From NCBI RefSeq assembly GCF_009914755.1, contig NC_060937.1: a stretch of DNA of 64,000 bases. One strand, written 5' to 3'. Below the pieces are notes generated by a model, which saw nothing but the letters and a program-made list of their open reading frames with translations, did no database searches and was not told where the DNA came from. The translations under genes were made by a program, and so were the position numbers. Below, piece after piece: positions 62,481 to 64,000 of this stretch (positions are counted from its first letter, which is position 1; each line of letters begins with the position of its first letter). This DNA comes from the human T2T-CHM13v2.0 reference genome, Homo sapiens.

Positions 62481-62484
62481 ATCC

Positions 62485-64000
62485 TAAAAGACTGCCAGTT
62501 TTGAATGAGACCCCAGAACAATGAATGTAGGCTCTGTATACAAGTTCAGGCTGCTGGGCAACTTAGGCCTTAAGACACAACTCTGCCACTTAGGCCTTAA
62601 GACACAACTGACATGATGGTGCTTAAAGTGGCTGTGATGGAAAAGGAGGCTGTTTGGAGCCTTTGGAGTGCCTTTATAGGTGAACCCCAGCATAGCACCT
62701 AATGATTTGGAGCAAAGCTGTGTCATTCCCCAAAGATAACTATTCGCCTTTTGAGAAACATCTTCTAGCTACTATCAATAATAAACACAGAATGCATCAC
62801 CATGGGCCACCGTGTTGTCTTTTGACCTGAGTTTCCATTGTGAACAAGAGTCATTTGATCCAAGGCAGAAAGTTGGGTGCACACAGCAGTGTTCCATCAT
62901 CAAATGGAATATGAGATTGGGCCCAAGTAGGTCCTGCAGACACAAATAAGTTGCAAGAGCAAGTAGTACAGGCGCTTGGCCTGGCCAGTACTGTTGCCAA
63001 GTTGACTGCTTCCCCTCAGTCTGCATCTGTGGCTTCATGGGGAGTTTCCTATGACCACTTGATGGAGGAAAAAACAAATTGGAGCATAGTTTATAGTGCT
63101 GGTACTACCCAAAGTGGCTAGCTGAGGCACTACATCTCCACTCTGGGGTGCCCGTGAAGGACAGTGCCAAAGGAAAACCCCCTCAGTGAGCAGAACTTGG
63201 AGCAATACAAGTGGGTGTTCATTTTACCTAGAAGAGAAGATGTCCGTGAGTTACAGATCTACACAAAATCACAGAGAGTGGTTAATCGTTTAGTCTGATG
63301 GTCAGGGACTTCCAAGAGACATGATTAGAAAACTGGTGACAAGGAGTCCTGGGGAAGAGGCATATGGATACCTCTGAACACACACAAAACATGAGAATAT
63401 GTATCCCATATGAATGTTAACCAAAGAGCAGCCACAACAGAAGAGGATTTTAAAATCAGCTGAATAAGATGATTCATTCTGACAGCATCAGCTAGTCTCT
63501 TTCCCCAGCCACTGTTGCCCAGTGGGCTTACATATATCATGGCCATGGGGGCAGGGCTATGTATGGACACAGCAACATGGATTTCCACTCATCAAGGCCA
63601 ATTTGGCTCCAGCCATTGCTGAGTGCTCAGCCTGCCAAGATAGAAATCTACGCCAATATGGCACCATTCCCTGGGCTAGAAAACCAACTGGTGGAAGGTT
63701 GATTACATTGGACCATTTCCATCATGGAAGGGGCAGTGCTTTGTCTTCCCTGGAATAGACATTTACTCTGGATATGGATGTGCCTTCCCTGACTACTACA
63801 ATGCTCTGCCAAACCTACCATCCATGGGCTTAATTTTATTTGTTATAAAATTTCAACCACCATTGCTTCTGACCAAGGAAGTAATCTTACAGCAAAGGAA
63901 GTACAGATATGAGCTTCTGATCATGGGCTTCACTGGCCTCACAGTGAAGCAGGTGGCCAGATTAGAACAGTGGAATGGATTTTAAAGGCTCAGTTACAGC
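62485..64000 (+). mobile_element. Decayed ERVL-class internal sequence (pol: RT connection/RNase H to integrase), running off the window
   Basis: Fragments translate to PFEKHLLA, QQHGFPLIKANLAPAIAECSACQ (integrase Zn-binding), YGTIPW, WKVDYIGPFP and GIDIYSGYG (integrase core), with many frameshifts. Confidence 0.8.

Overview
This is repeat-rich primate (human-type) genomic DNA, not prokaryotic. Two landmarks place it, from recalled annotation rather than a search, in the USPL1-ALOX5AP interval at 13q12.3. The first is an intact minus-strand tRNA-Asn(GTT) gene (12000-12073) at the edge of a CpG island. The second is a plus-strand coding exon (ATG 51821, GT donor after 51936) encoding MLTFNHDAPWHTQKTLKTSEFGKSFGTLGHIGNISHQCW, which I recognise as the N-terminal extension of the long ALOX5AP/FLAP isoform. 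The canonical FLAP exons are not in the window. The remainder is mostly about 25 Alus, L1/L2/MIR fragments, MaLR and ERV1 solo LTRs, DNA transposons (MER82, Charlie1b, MER53, MER5), a decayed ERVL pol segment and microsatellites. Almost all ORF-track entries are repeat artefacts. I found no evidence of a new multi-gene system. The best second-look signals are small: a 25-bp templated insertion inside an Alu copied from about 570 bp away, a spacer-less inverted Alu pair made by nested insertion, a ~130-bp local duplication, a hairpin/direct-repeat cluster, the orphan CpG island at the tRNA, and uORFs/non-B DNA around the ALOX5AP distal exon. Repeat subfamily names come from memory of consensus sequences, and most repeat boundaries are approximate.
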